Shown here: in pieces, positions 29,469 through 43,300 of the stretch
Numbering within the stretch: position 1 is the first letter of the stretch
Layout: every line of letters begins with the position of its first letter
Assembly (NCBI RefSeq): GCF_001194135.2
Contig: NC_068986.1
Coordinates: 81,341,485 to 81,405,484 of the forward strand
Length of the DNA: 64,000 nt
From: Octopus bimaculoides
Lineage: Eukaryota
Reading direction: 5' to 3'
Made by a program: the position numbers and the translations under genes
The notes under the pieces: model-generated
What the model saw: the letters and a program-made list of their open reading frames with translations, nothing else
The model's database searches: none
What the model was told of the DNA's origin: nothing

Positions 29469-31987
29469 TTAAAAAATCTGAAAAAGAAGCACACTCTAAA
29501 ACATTAGAGCAGTAATGTAATTATTTTAAGTTGGTTGTGAAACCACTGGTCACTCTGTGACTGGCCATGTGTGTGTATGTAAGGAGGCTTCATATATATT
29601 AGATCTATTTTTCTAGACTTACTCCATCTATGCACTCCAACATGCAGTGATCATATGAGGTGTAGTGGTAATCTGGACATGTTGCACTCCCTCCACTGTC
29701 CAATCATTTAGGATGTTTGTTGTGGAGAGGTTGGCATCATCTGTAATGCAGCTGATGTCTTTGTGCACTAATGCTAGCTTTCTGTCAACTAAATGGACCA
29801 CCTATAGTAACTCTAACTATACTTGTATTCTTTTCAGTCATTTGACTGCGGCCATGCTGGAGCTCTGCCTTTAGTCGAACAAATCAACCCAGGACTTATT
29901 CTTTGTAAGCCTAGTACTTATTCTATCGGTCTCTTTTGCTGAACTGCTAAGTTACTGGGACATAAACACACCAGCATAGGTTGTCAAGCAATGGTGGGGG
30001 GACAAACACAGATACACAAACACACACACGATGGGATTCTTTCAGTTTCCGCCTACCAAATTCACTCACAAGGCTTTGGTCAGCCTGAGGCTATAGTAAA
30101 AGTCACTTGCCCAAGGTGCCACGCAGTGGGACTGAACCTGGAATCATGTGGTTGGTAAGCAAGCTACTTACCACATAGCCACTCCTGTGCCTATTATGTT
30201 TAGCTTTCTTTCCTGTCTTTTGTCTATATCTTCACATTGAGTTCAAATCTTGCCTAAGTCAATTTCACCTTTTATTCTTCCTGCTATTAATTTGACTGCT
30301 AGTATGTGACAGCCTGTATTGGTGTGTGTGGCACAGTAGGATCTAAAATCCCTGCCTGACTTTGGAGCTTTAGCAATAGATGAAATAATACACTAGCATT
30401 TCCATTCAAAACTGGAACTGGTAACTTTCACTAATCCTCACCATGAATTATCATTGAACATTCTCACTCGAAGCTGCTATTGGATGTTACTTATAACCGT
30501 AATTTTCATTTGATCATGGATCTACCTAATGCATTCCTATTTTACTCTGACCCTTCCTTCATTCTCGGCAAACTGGAATACACTAATATCCTCGATTGGG
30601 GACTTTACATCTCTGACTTCTCCCTCTCTGAAGACAGGGTACTCAGCCTATGGAATCTTTACTCAATATGATGATCTACATGTTTGACTCTTATTGAAAC
30701 AGCTGTAAGAGATTGTATATCTGTATTCTTTATCTAAATTAAATGTCTTTTCAAGTGTTGCCAAGTGGTCTGCCTTTTCATTTTAACTTTAATCTTTATC
30801 TACCAGCTCAAGGAAAAACCACCTATAAACTTGTGTATTGATATGATAGTATGAGAAAATAAATGTGATGCTATGTGTGTTTTCTTTGTTGAGCAGCTTA
30901 GAGACTTAGAATATTTCTTAAATAACCCCAGTGCATTTCTGGAAATTGCTTTAGTTACTTAAAGAGGATAAATGACTAAGTCAATTCTGATGGGAACTGA
31001 AATTATAACAGTGTTCTCCAGGTATCCTTTCAATAGCTTCAACTTGGTAAAAGTATTATCTATTAACAGTAATAGGTTTACAAAAGTTGTAAGCCCTCTG
31101 CAATCTAACAACAGTTGCTGTCATTCCCATTGCTTGATGGGAAGTCTGACTGTTATGGCATTTGCTTTTTATTTCTCTCCTCCACCTCTTTGTCATCATT
31201 ATTTTCATCACTATCATCATAATCATCATTCACTAATTCATTATTAATGGAAATTTTTTGTACTTTCTTTGACAGGAAACCACAGAACATATGACAAGAC
31301 ATTGAAAGAATTTAGCGACCGTTATTATTTGGCTAAAACCATTGAAACTGTCCGCAATTACATAAAAGAATGTCCAGTTTGCCAAGCTTACCGCAGTGGC
31401 TACTCAGCTACTGCCACTCCTGCCAGCAAAACTCCATCAGAAAGGGAAGAACATGTTGCCGAACTAATGGCAGCTTTACCATTTCCAGAGACCTTGGGGG
31501 AAGTGATCAATCACTTTTGGCAAAAGGTAATCTCATTGATCTTTACATTAAATAGCCTTAAATAACTCCTAATTGAGCAGATAGTAGTGATTTTAAAGGT
31601 GTGGCAGACTTGATCTAAACAATATATGATCGATTCAGTTTATTGTCCAGTCTGGTTATAAAAGTTAATGGCACTTGCAGTAAAGTTAGGCCAAGTCTCT
31701 CATTGCAAGATAACAGTTGTCCTTTATCAACTATCACAAAGTTAGAGGAGGTTGACAGAAGTGATATCCAGTCTAATTGTTGTCTAAAATGGTTACGTTT
31801 CATCAACATATCATCATTTTTACATCTGCTCTTTCTGTGCAGATCGAATGCTTTTCATGACGCCAGCACTTGTTTTCAATGTCATATTTGCCTAGCTACC
31901 AAACATATTGTTTATATTAGACATGAACAAATAATACTGCTGCCTAAGTGAAAATTGTGTGAAAAAGCATGTAAGCAAACGCACAAA

Positions 31988-32049
<62 letters not shown>

Positions 32050-32323
32050 TAGCACTTGTACTTGTGCCACATAAAAAGTACCCAATAGACTCTGTGGAGT
32101 GGTTGATGTTAGAAAGGGCATCCAGCTGTAGAAACCATGCCACTGGTGCTGATGTCATATAAAAAAAACATCCACTTCACTCTATGGAGTGGTTGGCATT
32201 AGGAAGAGCATCCAGGTATAGAAATCATGCTAGAACAGACAATGGAGCCTAGTGTGGCCTCTGGCCTTACCAGCTCCAGTCAAACTGTCCAGTCCATGCC
32301 AGCATAGAAAATGGTTGATGATG

Positions 32324-32358
<35 letters not shown>

Positions 32359-34333
32359 CAAGACAACCTTTTGTACAGTTTCTGTCTATGAAATTTTACT
32401 CACAAGGTATCAGTCAACGCAAGGCTATAGTAGAAGACATTTACCCAAGATACCACTCAAGGGAATCAAAAACAAAAGCATGTGATTGCAAAGGTAACTT
32501 CTTAACGACTCAGCCATGCCTGCACTTTGATGATAAAAAGGGCACAGGAAGAACTGGTGAACGATTACTGATAGCTTTCACAAGTAATCTAGGTGGACTT
32601 TGAGTAACTTTAGATTCAATACAAAGTTGCTTAAACTATGATTTAGGATGTGAAATCTGAATTACTAATACTCTGCTTGTGGGCATTCTTGTGTGTGCTC
32701 TATCCACAAGATACTGTTATTTCCTGCCCTTTCTACTGGAAAGTACAGGAGAGGATGGGATTTGGTAGAGCACAGAACTAAGTACAAATGGATAAATAGT
32801 TTGGTAGTTTAGTGTTATTGCTGATTTATCTTCCAGTGATAGAAAATTTTCACATTATTTAACCTTTAGCATTCAGATTACTCTGTGAAATGTAATTTTT
32901 ATTTTGTCACATTGTTTTGAATCAATCATTCATTACCTTGTAGTTTTAAGAGTTTGATGATGTAATAGTGTATTCTTAGAATGACATGGTAATATTAAGA
33001 TATAAGAGGCCAGATCTGGCTAATCTGAACATAAAACAAATAGCATATTTGGGCCAAATATGGCCAGTTTATATGATAAATAAAGTGTTGTTTGTGTACT
33101 TCTAGGTGGAGGTTGATATTCTTGGTCCTATCAAGGTGACTGGAGGCTCAGCTGTGCAAGTTATCCTCTGTTTAGACGTTTATTCTTTGTGGCCAGAAGC
33201 ACGTTTTGTTGAGTACAAAGATGGAATTATACCTATAACGGAGATGTTGCAGTTTATTCTCAGTCTTATTGCAAGGTGAGAGGTTTACGTGATCTTGTTA
33301 TTGAGTATTAGGTGTTGAGTGTTGGCTGTATGTATGCTGAGTGTTGGTTGTGGTGCTTTGAGTATTGAGTACTGGATGTGTTTTGAGTAGGTATAGAAAT
33401 CATATAAATTAGTGTATATAATCATATAAATCATATAAATTCAGTGTGTGCCTGAAATATGTAGCCTTTTGGTAGCATGTAACTTGAGGAATATGCTCTT
33501 AGGTTTTGGCAACACATTATTCTATGTTTTATTACTTACATTCATAATTTTTCTGCAATCATCTCTGTGTGTATGCATGCATGCCCTCACATGCACATGC
33601 ACACACATATTTAAGCTTTTGAAACCAAATTTGAGTTGTATCAAACCAAATTTCAAACTAAGGAGCACATTATTGTGACTGTCAAAGACAATACTTTTAG
33701 TGGTTGACAAAATGACTGACACAACATACATCTATTTATACAGTCCGGTTATACAACATGCTGTTATTTATAGTCTGATTATGCAGTGTTTTTATTGATG
33801 ACCATTTAGAACAGTGGTCTTCAACCCTTTTTTGCCCATGGACCCCTTTGTTTCCTTTTTTACTCTACTGGACTCTCATATCTATTCAGTGTTTAAAAAA
33901 AAATCTTAATTATATTTTTATAATTGAATATTAGAAATTGTATTAAAAAAATTAAAATATTTTGTGTATTGTAGAAATAGTCAATTTATTGCTCATAAAT
34001 TTTAACAAAATCTTATATGGACCTCAATGGTTATGTAGGTCCAGTCCAGAACCACTGGTTATAGAAATTTTATTATTTAAAAAAAAATTTTTTTATTAGA
34101 TATGGTGTCATGAAAACCTTGACATTCCGTAAAGAATCATTCAGTTGTAGAAAGATTGCTGGTCGCTTTGATTTACTCACTGATAAAGAACACGCCATTG
34201 ACTTGAAATTTGGATGTTGCCAAGATACAAGTATGTTAATTTTAATATTTATATTTATTTTCTTCATCAGGTTAAAATTCACTCACAGACATGCCCTGGC
34301 CAACGGGTGCACTGTCTCCTATCTCTACCTTTT

Positions 34334-34364
<31 letters not shown>

Positions 34365-37300
34365 AATGACTTCTGCTTTTTGGAGCTTGATGGGTTCATG
34401 TTGTCTCTACCCCATCATTCCTGTCCCACTTGTCTTCTCTTGTCATCACTTTTGTGTCCAAATTTTGGCACCAATCACTATACTCAGTCCATTTTCTTCA
34501 GGACATCAGCCCTCTTGGACTGTGTCATCTCTGCTCATACTTTTCCTGCAAGTGTTGACCTATAAAGGTTCAAGAGGAACATTAAAAGCCTCAGTCATAC
34601 TGGTCAAAGAAGGCCTGTGAATACCATATGTACTGCCTCTTCCTGTGGACCCAAGAAGTGAAATACAAAAAAAGAAAAACACCCTTTTTTTTCTTCATTA
34701 TTTATTGAAGTGATTAGTCTAATGTATTTGACAGTAATTCATTGTGGCTGTATTATTGATTAAACTTTAGATGGCATGTGGAAAGACCTAGAGGCAGACC
34801 TGAGAAAGTTTGCTAAATCCTATCCTCGCAACTGGCATGAAAGTCTTGATCTTTGGTTGATGCCACATCGAATAAACCGACCACAGATTGCTGAATATAC
34901 TCCAGTATACCTTGTACATCATAGGTGAGAGTCTGTTATTGTAATCTTGAGTGTACTTGTCCGTATGCCTCATTGCGTTTGTCTGTCTTTATCAATAACT
35001 GTCGCTTATGATGTTCTGTCTGTTGTAGGGAACCATGTCTACCATTGAGTATATCTTTCCGTCAACCTGGATCTGACTTGGACCCAAATCTGTCTGATTC
35101 TCAGATTCAGTCTATTCAAACGAAGATGATGAAAGTAAGTAAAGGTCTGACAGAGAGTTTGCTGGCAAACACATCGGAACAGCCAAGTAGTTCTGAAAAA
35201 AATTTACCTGTACTGTATTATTACCCTGGAGAAGAAGTGGTTGATGAGAATTCATCGCAAGCACCTGTTGCTGCTACAGAAGTAAATGGGGAAGTTAACC
35301 CTAATGAGCTTCATTCTGAAAATATTGTGGATACTCCAGCAGAAAGCAGTACAACAACTACTACTACTGCTACTACTACCACTACTACTACTACAACAAC
35401 TACTAATAATAATAATAATGTCACTAACAAAACCTCATCCACTCCAGCTTCCTCCACACCTGTCTCTGTTAAGTCAAAGAAACTTTTGTCTGCAACCAAT
35501 GATAAACCTGTCAAACCTCGTGGGCGACCACCATCTTCTCAGTCCACCCAAACCTCAATAGAAGACGACACTAGTAATGTCCCTATTGATGAGGATGAGT
35601 GTTTATCAGGTTCAGAAATGTCACCTGGTCGTCGTGGACGCAAGAAGAATTATCTAGACGTTGTCAACCGTTATTCACCCAAGAAAGGCAATAAACGAAA
35701 GAAACGAGAAAATCGTGATGTAAGTAATATTCCTTTTGATTTTACATCTTGTAGGACTGTAAACAGGTCAGATTGTTTTGATTATAAATCCTAGTGTCTG
35801 GGACAATGTTCCATCTAATTTATAGTTGCAGGTATGCACAGGAATTTGTTTGTGTGCAAATTGCATTTTCCTTTGCTAAGTATGTCTGCATCCATATGAC
35901 TGACCATCACTCAAATTCCATATTGACCACCTAAGCAAATGCACACCATTTTCAGTGTATATTAAGATTTTATTTTGAAATTTTATGATTACTTTTTTCA
36001 ATTAGAAAAATTTTATTTCATTACAGAAACCTTATTTACACTTTTTTTTCCTTTGTGCATTGGGTATCAAACATGCATGCACACACACAAATGCACGACT
36101 TCAAAGAAATATTAGTTAAAATTAAACTTTATCTTTTAAGTTTACTTTGCTGATATAATAAATATCTATCTATTATCAAAAAAATCAATAGAAACAAATT
36201 TTCACTAAATCTAGGTGAAGTTTTCTTTTAATTTTTGTTGGCTCAATAAAGTACTGGTCTAGACAGGTGGACTTGTTAGAGTGTCAGACAAGATGCCTTG
36301 CAGAATTTTTTGGTCTGTGTTCTTAGTTAAAATCTGCTGTAGCTGCTATGGCCAGGTTTACCACCACAACCTGACTTTTGGCTACCTGTAATTAAGAAAT
36401 CCTCTTTTATAGGAAACATTTGGGCTTGGCCTTCAGTTTGAGGATATTATTCTTTCTTCCTCACATCTGTTTCAGAAGACCTAGTAACAGTTACGTCCTT
36501 CGTCGTTTCTCATCTTATGTGATTTCACACAAACTCAGTGTTACATTCTTTCTTCATCAGCCAATTAGTAACTCATTATTGATGTGAGCCAGTGGCCTTG
36601 AGGATAATCCCTAGTTTGCAAATAAAGGTTTCTTGTTTGAATCCAGCCTGAAACTATGTATAATGAGACAGCTGATAACATTCAGAAACCAAAACATAGT
36701 ATAAGATATAGAAATTGTAAATATATACTTTTGTTGCATAGCCTGGAAAAAATATGTCTGAAGAACTTGTATCTGATAAAGACAGTGGAATGGCATATTT
36801 TGTAGAACACCAGATAAAGTGCTTTGCAATATTTGCCCTGGCTCTTTATGCTCTGAGTTCCTCTCCGACTACTTTGGTGTTAAAATGTTTTGATGCTTGC
36901 TCTTGCTTGAACAACATTGGTGGCATGAAGAGGGAGAAGTGTTTCATGGATAACTGTTGTTCTTCCATAGAAAGCTGTGCTCAGACCTGAAGCACAACAG
37001 AAACTTTAGAAATTTCTAATAATTTAGACATATACATTTGTCTTTTCCAAATTATGGTTCTCTCTCTCTCTCTCTCTCCATATTCTAAGACATCATTTTG
37101 TGATTCATGCAGGTACCATTAGATGATTATTACCTCGCTCTAAAGCTATATATTGAACAGAAACGTTACCCTCCTGGTATAAAAGATGACTATAAACGAG
37201 TGATCCGGAAAATGGCTCAGAATTATGTCATTCAAGACGATGAAATGTATTATAAATCAGGCTCCAAACTAAAGAAAATTGTGATGGATGAACTGGAACG

Positions 37301-40300
37301 CTTCAAGCTTTTAAAAGCAGCTCATGTGCTGGAAAATGGTAAGATGACTTGAACCCTTTTGTTACCATATTTCTGTTGAGATGCTCTGTATTTCTTTCAA
37401 TCAGTTTTAAATATAACAAAGAATTTAGTAAAATAACTTAGTTATCTTTAAGCTAGTGTTAGGAACATAGATTTTGGCTAAGGTCTGGTAGATTTTAATT
37501 CAGAACTTGAAAACAAGACATTTGTACTACAGAGCCAGAAGCAGTTTCAAGCAGGTTGGTATCAAAAGGATTAATGTATAAATCTTTCTACCTTGATAGG
37601 GTTAACAGTGAAAAGAGCAAACTATATGAATTATGTGTAAGAATGTGGTACAATAGTGGTGAAACATGTATAAGAATATGATACTGCATGGTAATGGGAC
37701 TTGTAAAAATGTGGTACTACATGATAGCAATACATGTACAAGAATAATGTACTACATGATAGTGGTACATGTGTAAGAATGTAGAAGAATACGGTATTAC
37801 TTAATAGTGTGTAAGAGTGTAGTACTGTGTAGTAGTGAGTTAGATATTGAAAGTGAAAGTTAGAAATAAGTGAAATGTGATTTATTGGTTACATGATATC
37901 AGTGTGAATGGAAGAGAGAGAGACTTGGCAAGAAATGACTCTGCTGGCATACACATGTAATGTGAATACACCGCATCTAGGTTAGAATAAACTGTGCTAA
38001 TAGTACTAGTTACCACAATAGGGCCAAGAAGAGCTGGAAGGAAATTCTGGGAACGGATCTCAAGATATTGTGATTCACCAAATTGATGTGAGTAATGACA
38101 TTTTGTACAATAAAAGATTCATCTAATCCCTTTTAGTAAAGAAGCCTGTTGAAACAGTGGAGTAGTAATCAGTATGTTTCATAGGCTGATTGTATAACAT
38201 ATCACTTGTTATTTTTATTGTTGTTACAGTTAGCTCAGGTGAAGCTATGATTTGAGCTTCAGTGAGGTCTTGTGTGGGTAGTGATCCAAGTGTATTGCAG
38301 TTGTGTGGTGGTAGTGGTCTTTGTAGTTCTTTCTGTTTCTGAATATATATTCTTGTTATTTCTTTTCTTCCTAGGGACTCACTTGGGGCGATTAAGGACT
38401 TTAGATCGCTTGAATGATTATTATTGGAAAGGTATGACAATGGATGGTGCTGCCTTAGTGAAGACATGTCCTGTTTGTGAACATGGCAGTGAGCGAAGGA
38501 AGTCTGAAGCTGACACTAACCCTGCTCAAGAAAGTTTCTTGAATTTAGTCAAGGCTGTAAGTATTTCTTCTCCACATCTTGCTGTTTTGGTAACGTATTT
38601 GTTACAGTAGTCTTTCTCTCCATCAATAGTCAATCGATTTTTATTGGTTTTGACAATAAGTATTTAGTTGTTCAATTAACTTATTTATTCATCATTAAGT
38701 TAGTATGTAAGTAGCTGAGTATTCCACAGACGTGTATGTAATTTTCAAGTAGACTTAATTTGACGCATTGTTTGATAATGCCGGGCCTTTCAAATTACTG
38801 GTACAATCCATCCTATAGACTTTCACACAGTTTCTTTTTACCCAATTTCACTTACAAGGCTTTGGTTGACCCGGTGCCTTGTTAAATTCACTTATCCAAG
38901 ATGTCACATTGTGGGATTGAACTTAGAGCCTCATGACTATGTACTTCATAATCATTTGAATGTGCTGCATCTATACAATCAATTTACTGCCGTCAACATA
39001 AGCATTTATCAAAAGCTTATTGGCACCTGATAGTGAATAATCACTAGCATGTAGAGTGACTCTTGACACTGGCAGTGTGGAGTGACCCTGCACACTAGCA
39101 GTTGGGATTGGTCCTGAACACTGGCAGTGTAGCATTTCTCTAAATTGTAGAATATTTCTGATATTCAGCTTATATCCCTTTCTGAATGTAGGTAGCACTC
39201 CACCCTTATCAACCATTAATTCTTTTCTAACTAGATTGTCTAAAGTAACTGTTGACATTTACTGTACTTGTACCATTAGACATGGTCTAATATTGTTCTG
39301 CTTTGTTGTCAGGCTGATGCTGAACCAGAACCATTGAATGAAGAAGTCCAAATCAGGTTGTATGAGATTATCAAACAGTTCCACTTGACCGGTGCTAAAC
39401 CAGCAGACATAACCACTGAGGAAAATGACTATGCTGACAGAGAATCTCCAAAGTATCGTGTTAATGGTGGCCAGTTATATTACACAGAAAACCAAACTAT
39501 TGGTCGTTTACGCAAAGTTCTGATGACAGCAGCTGAGAAACAGAATGCTGTTACAGAATCACACATTCTTAGAACAGGTAATATGTTAGTGTTGTTTACT
39601 GTGTCAGGAGTCAGAGTGTGTGTGGGTCCCAAAATTATTAAATGTCAAACTCAGAAAAGGGCAACAGAGTCATTATAGAAAAGCCATGATCCATACCTGG
39701 AAAGAAGGTGTGCACCAACAGATTAGTTGTCTATTGGAACAGCATGTTGATTTTGCTAAACGCAAATACCAGATCAGTCAGAGCCTGTTGATCAATAACA
39801 AAAAAATAAATTAGGGAGTTGGTGATGTCTCTTGCTTTGTTCCCTGTCATCCCCTCTCTATTAGTGTTTCTTCCCAGATTTCATATGAAACACTACCAAG
39901 TCTTCCATACACCCACAATTTCCTGAAAAAACTATCCTCTTACTTGTATCACTTTAAAGTAAATATTAACAAATTTAAATTAAACTAAATTAGGAGAGTT
40001 TCTAAAGAAAAGTAGGCCTTGCTAAACTGCCTATCTATGTACTTTATCCATCTCTTACTTTTTGGATTGGGAGCTTTCTCTGACCCACGCTGTATCTACT
40101 ATAATATGCCCTTAAGTTCAGTTGTTTCCTCATACTTTTCTTCCTGTACATTAACAACCAGTTGTTGTCACCTCCTAATAATACTTGCTCCTATACACAT
40201 GACACACCTGTTGCTAATCAATTAAAAGCCTCCAGAGAATTGAATGCAGCCCTCACATCTGGGCAGTGCTGTTGCTACTGTTGTGCAAACACCTGAAACC

Positions 40301-43300
40301 ACTTTGAAAGGAAGATCATTTAAGTAATTCTCTTCACTCTATCTTTTCTGTCTCTACTACAACAGTTGTCCTTCTCAAATAAATACTCAAAAAATGCCTT
40401 CACCACCCAAGACCACTTTTATCCTTGTGTCACTCCCATCCCCACCTTTACTGTTTTACCTTTCATTGGATGTTAATTCTCTGAAATTCCTGCAGACATT
40501 GATTTACAGATGTTCATGTTGAACATAAACCTTATGTCAGAGTCCTTTCAAATGTCATTATGGGCATTATCCTTACCTCCTTATTTAGACAAAAAAAAAA
40601 CCCCTGCTCTTTGAAGTCAAAACTGAAATAAAATACCAAAATCTTACATGAATCTTAATTTGGTACTTGTTTGATAATAATATCCCTAGGTAAGCTCTGA
40701 TCCAGTAAGGATCTTATGATTTAAAAGTATAAAGCAAAGACATAGGACTACATTATTCAGTATATGCTTCCTTTTTAAAATGGTAAGGTGTAATTTAAGA
40801 CGGAGTAGCTGCTTGCTGGTCAAATGATGTGTAGAGGTTCCCTATGTTGACTCATTGATTTAGTTCTTGATTATTATACTAGCTCCCTAACTTGCACTTT
40901 ATATCAATGTGATGAGATCCTACTCAAATATCTCTTTTTAACTGAGCAAAACATGTTCTCAGGTTGCTACTTGGGTAGTGATTATCCTGCATTGGTCTTA
41001 GATATAAACAATACTCAAATTGACTCCCCCACTCTCTTCAATGTAAACATTATTTCATTCGTTCATTTACTTCTACAGATTTTATCCCCCTCCTTAGGAC
41101 CTTCTATCATATTACCCGAGGACTCTTTATTACTTACACACACACACATAGCTTTCTCCCCTCTATACTACCACCTTTCACAATCATATTTAAGAACAAT
41201 AGTACTCTGATTCTCCTTTATCATAATGCTAATAAAACTGTCAGCGATACACCTTCCAGTAAAATTTCCTGCAGTACTTTTCTCCTCTTTGTAATCTATA
41301 AGAAGTTACATGAAACTATATAACAGGTACTTCAAAACTGTACCTTGTTGCTGTGTACTCTGAAACTAAATTAAATGTAGCTGATGAGAAATAATTCTAT
41401 AAAATGTAGTCCTGGTTTCTTTGCTACATTCTGCCAATATGTTGGAAATTTGGTTGGATTTCAGTGTAGATGGTATGTAATCAATTAGTTGAGAGGAATA
41501 TAAGCTCTTATTATTATGGCCAGGTTGTAGTAGTGTTAAACTAGGTGAAGAGGAGACCATGTATCCATGGGCTAGAACTCTTTGCCAGTTGTTGGTTTTC
41601 TATTAAAGGTGGTCTCTTGGGCTTGTGTATAAGAAGGATTTGATCAGAGCTGAAATATTTTCTGGTCCTGAAGCAGACATTTATTCTTTCAGTCAGAGTT
41701 GTCTATGTTATGTATTTAGAGTCACTAGGAATGCTAATCAGAGATTGTGGGGCCTAGCATATGTTGTGACTTTGACAGTTTTGTGTGTTGTCCAAAACTG
41801 GAGAGAGTGAAGTATAAAATTATCATATTGCCAATATATAATAATTTAACTTTGTATCCACAATGAATAGAGTGAACTGAGTACATACCATACCCACTTA
41901 TCCAATGTATAAAGTTAAACCAGTACTTAACCATTTCCTTACTTCAGGTATCCATCGTGGTGTGGAACGGACCAAAGAACTCCTGCATGGTAGCTACTAT
42001 TGGATTGGTATGAATCGTGATCTGAAAGAATTCCTTGATAAATGTTGCTTAACACGAGTCTTCCCCGAAGATAAGAAACTTAAATCTCAAGAAGAGAAGC
42101 TCTCTAAGTTTGCCGAGTTCTTCCAAATGGATATCAGTCCTTTCATTGTAAGTAGATGGCCTCAACCATTTCATAATGTATTCACAACTCTCATGTGTTA
42201 TACCCTTTATGTTGCCAGTACCGCCTGACTGGCCTTCGTGCGGGTGACACGTAAAAGCACCCACTACACTCTCTGAGTGGTTGGCGTTAGGAAGGGCATC
42301 CAGCTGTAGAAACTCTGCCAAATTAGATTGGAGCCTGGTGTTGCCATCTGGTTTCACCAGTCCTCAGTCAAATCGTCCAACCCATGCTAGCATGGAAGGC
42401 AGACGTTAAACGATGATGATGATGATTTAGACAGACATTCACTTCAAAATTTTTTTATCTACCCCATGAAAATTTAACCATATTTATGTGCTAAATGATT
42501 CATTCAAGCATACAAAACATACATGCATTCATTCATACACACACACACACACACACACACATAAATATCATAAATAAATTCTATAAACATTTATTGGGTG
42601 GTTTATTATTAGACACTCACAGAGACAACTAGTTAGTGTAATACATGCCTGCAGACACAAGCACATGCACATAGCAGCCTTATGGCATTACAATTAAGGA
42701 CAGCATATCATCATTTTAAGTCTGTTTTTCATGCTGGCATGAGTTAGGCTGTTTATCATACTTTGAGTTGAATCAGTTCTTTATTCCTATTTACCGACCT
42801 CCTGGGTGGACTGGAAGACCATGTCTTGGTTATACAATAATACAATAATCACATACAGAAATCATAAAACTACAATACTATAACTTTGAAAAATAATATA
42901 ACATGATTTTTCCAAACTTTTCAGAAAGAACTGCAGTAGAAAATCTATGTAACCAACCATGTACATTACTTTGTGTTTTGCAGTTGTGGTTCTCATAGTG
43001 ACATTAACCAATACATGGAGTTATTTAGCTAACCAGCTAAAACATTTAGTTCAATTATGTTTTTTGACTCTTGTAATAAATCAGAAAGATCAAGTAATGT
43101 TATTTCTGATTCTCTAATAATTATTGTTGTTTATTTCAGAGTTTAGAGCAGACTGTTGAGCTAAAAGGTGAAAAAGAGGAAGATGCAACAGTGCTGACAT
43201 CTGTTGGTCTTAAAGTGAAGAGTCCTTCCCCACCTCCAACAGAGGAGCTTGAAACAAAGACACTGACCAGTCAGGAAGAAAGTAATATAGAAGATGTCTT

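Noticed and set aside
34271-34620. Alternative exon after catcag, and ORFs 34110-34565 / 34291-34620
   Set aside because: The real exon ends at 34230. The downstream part is a (CTA)n-containing repeat relic with no integrase motifs.
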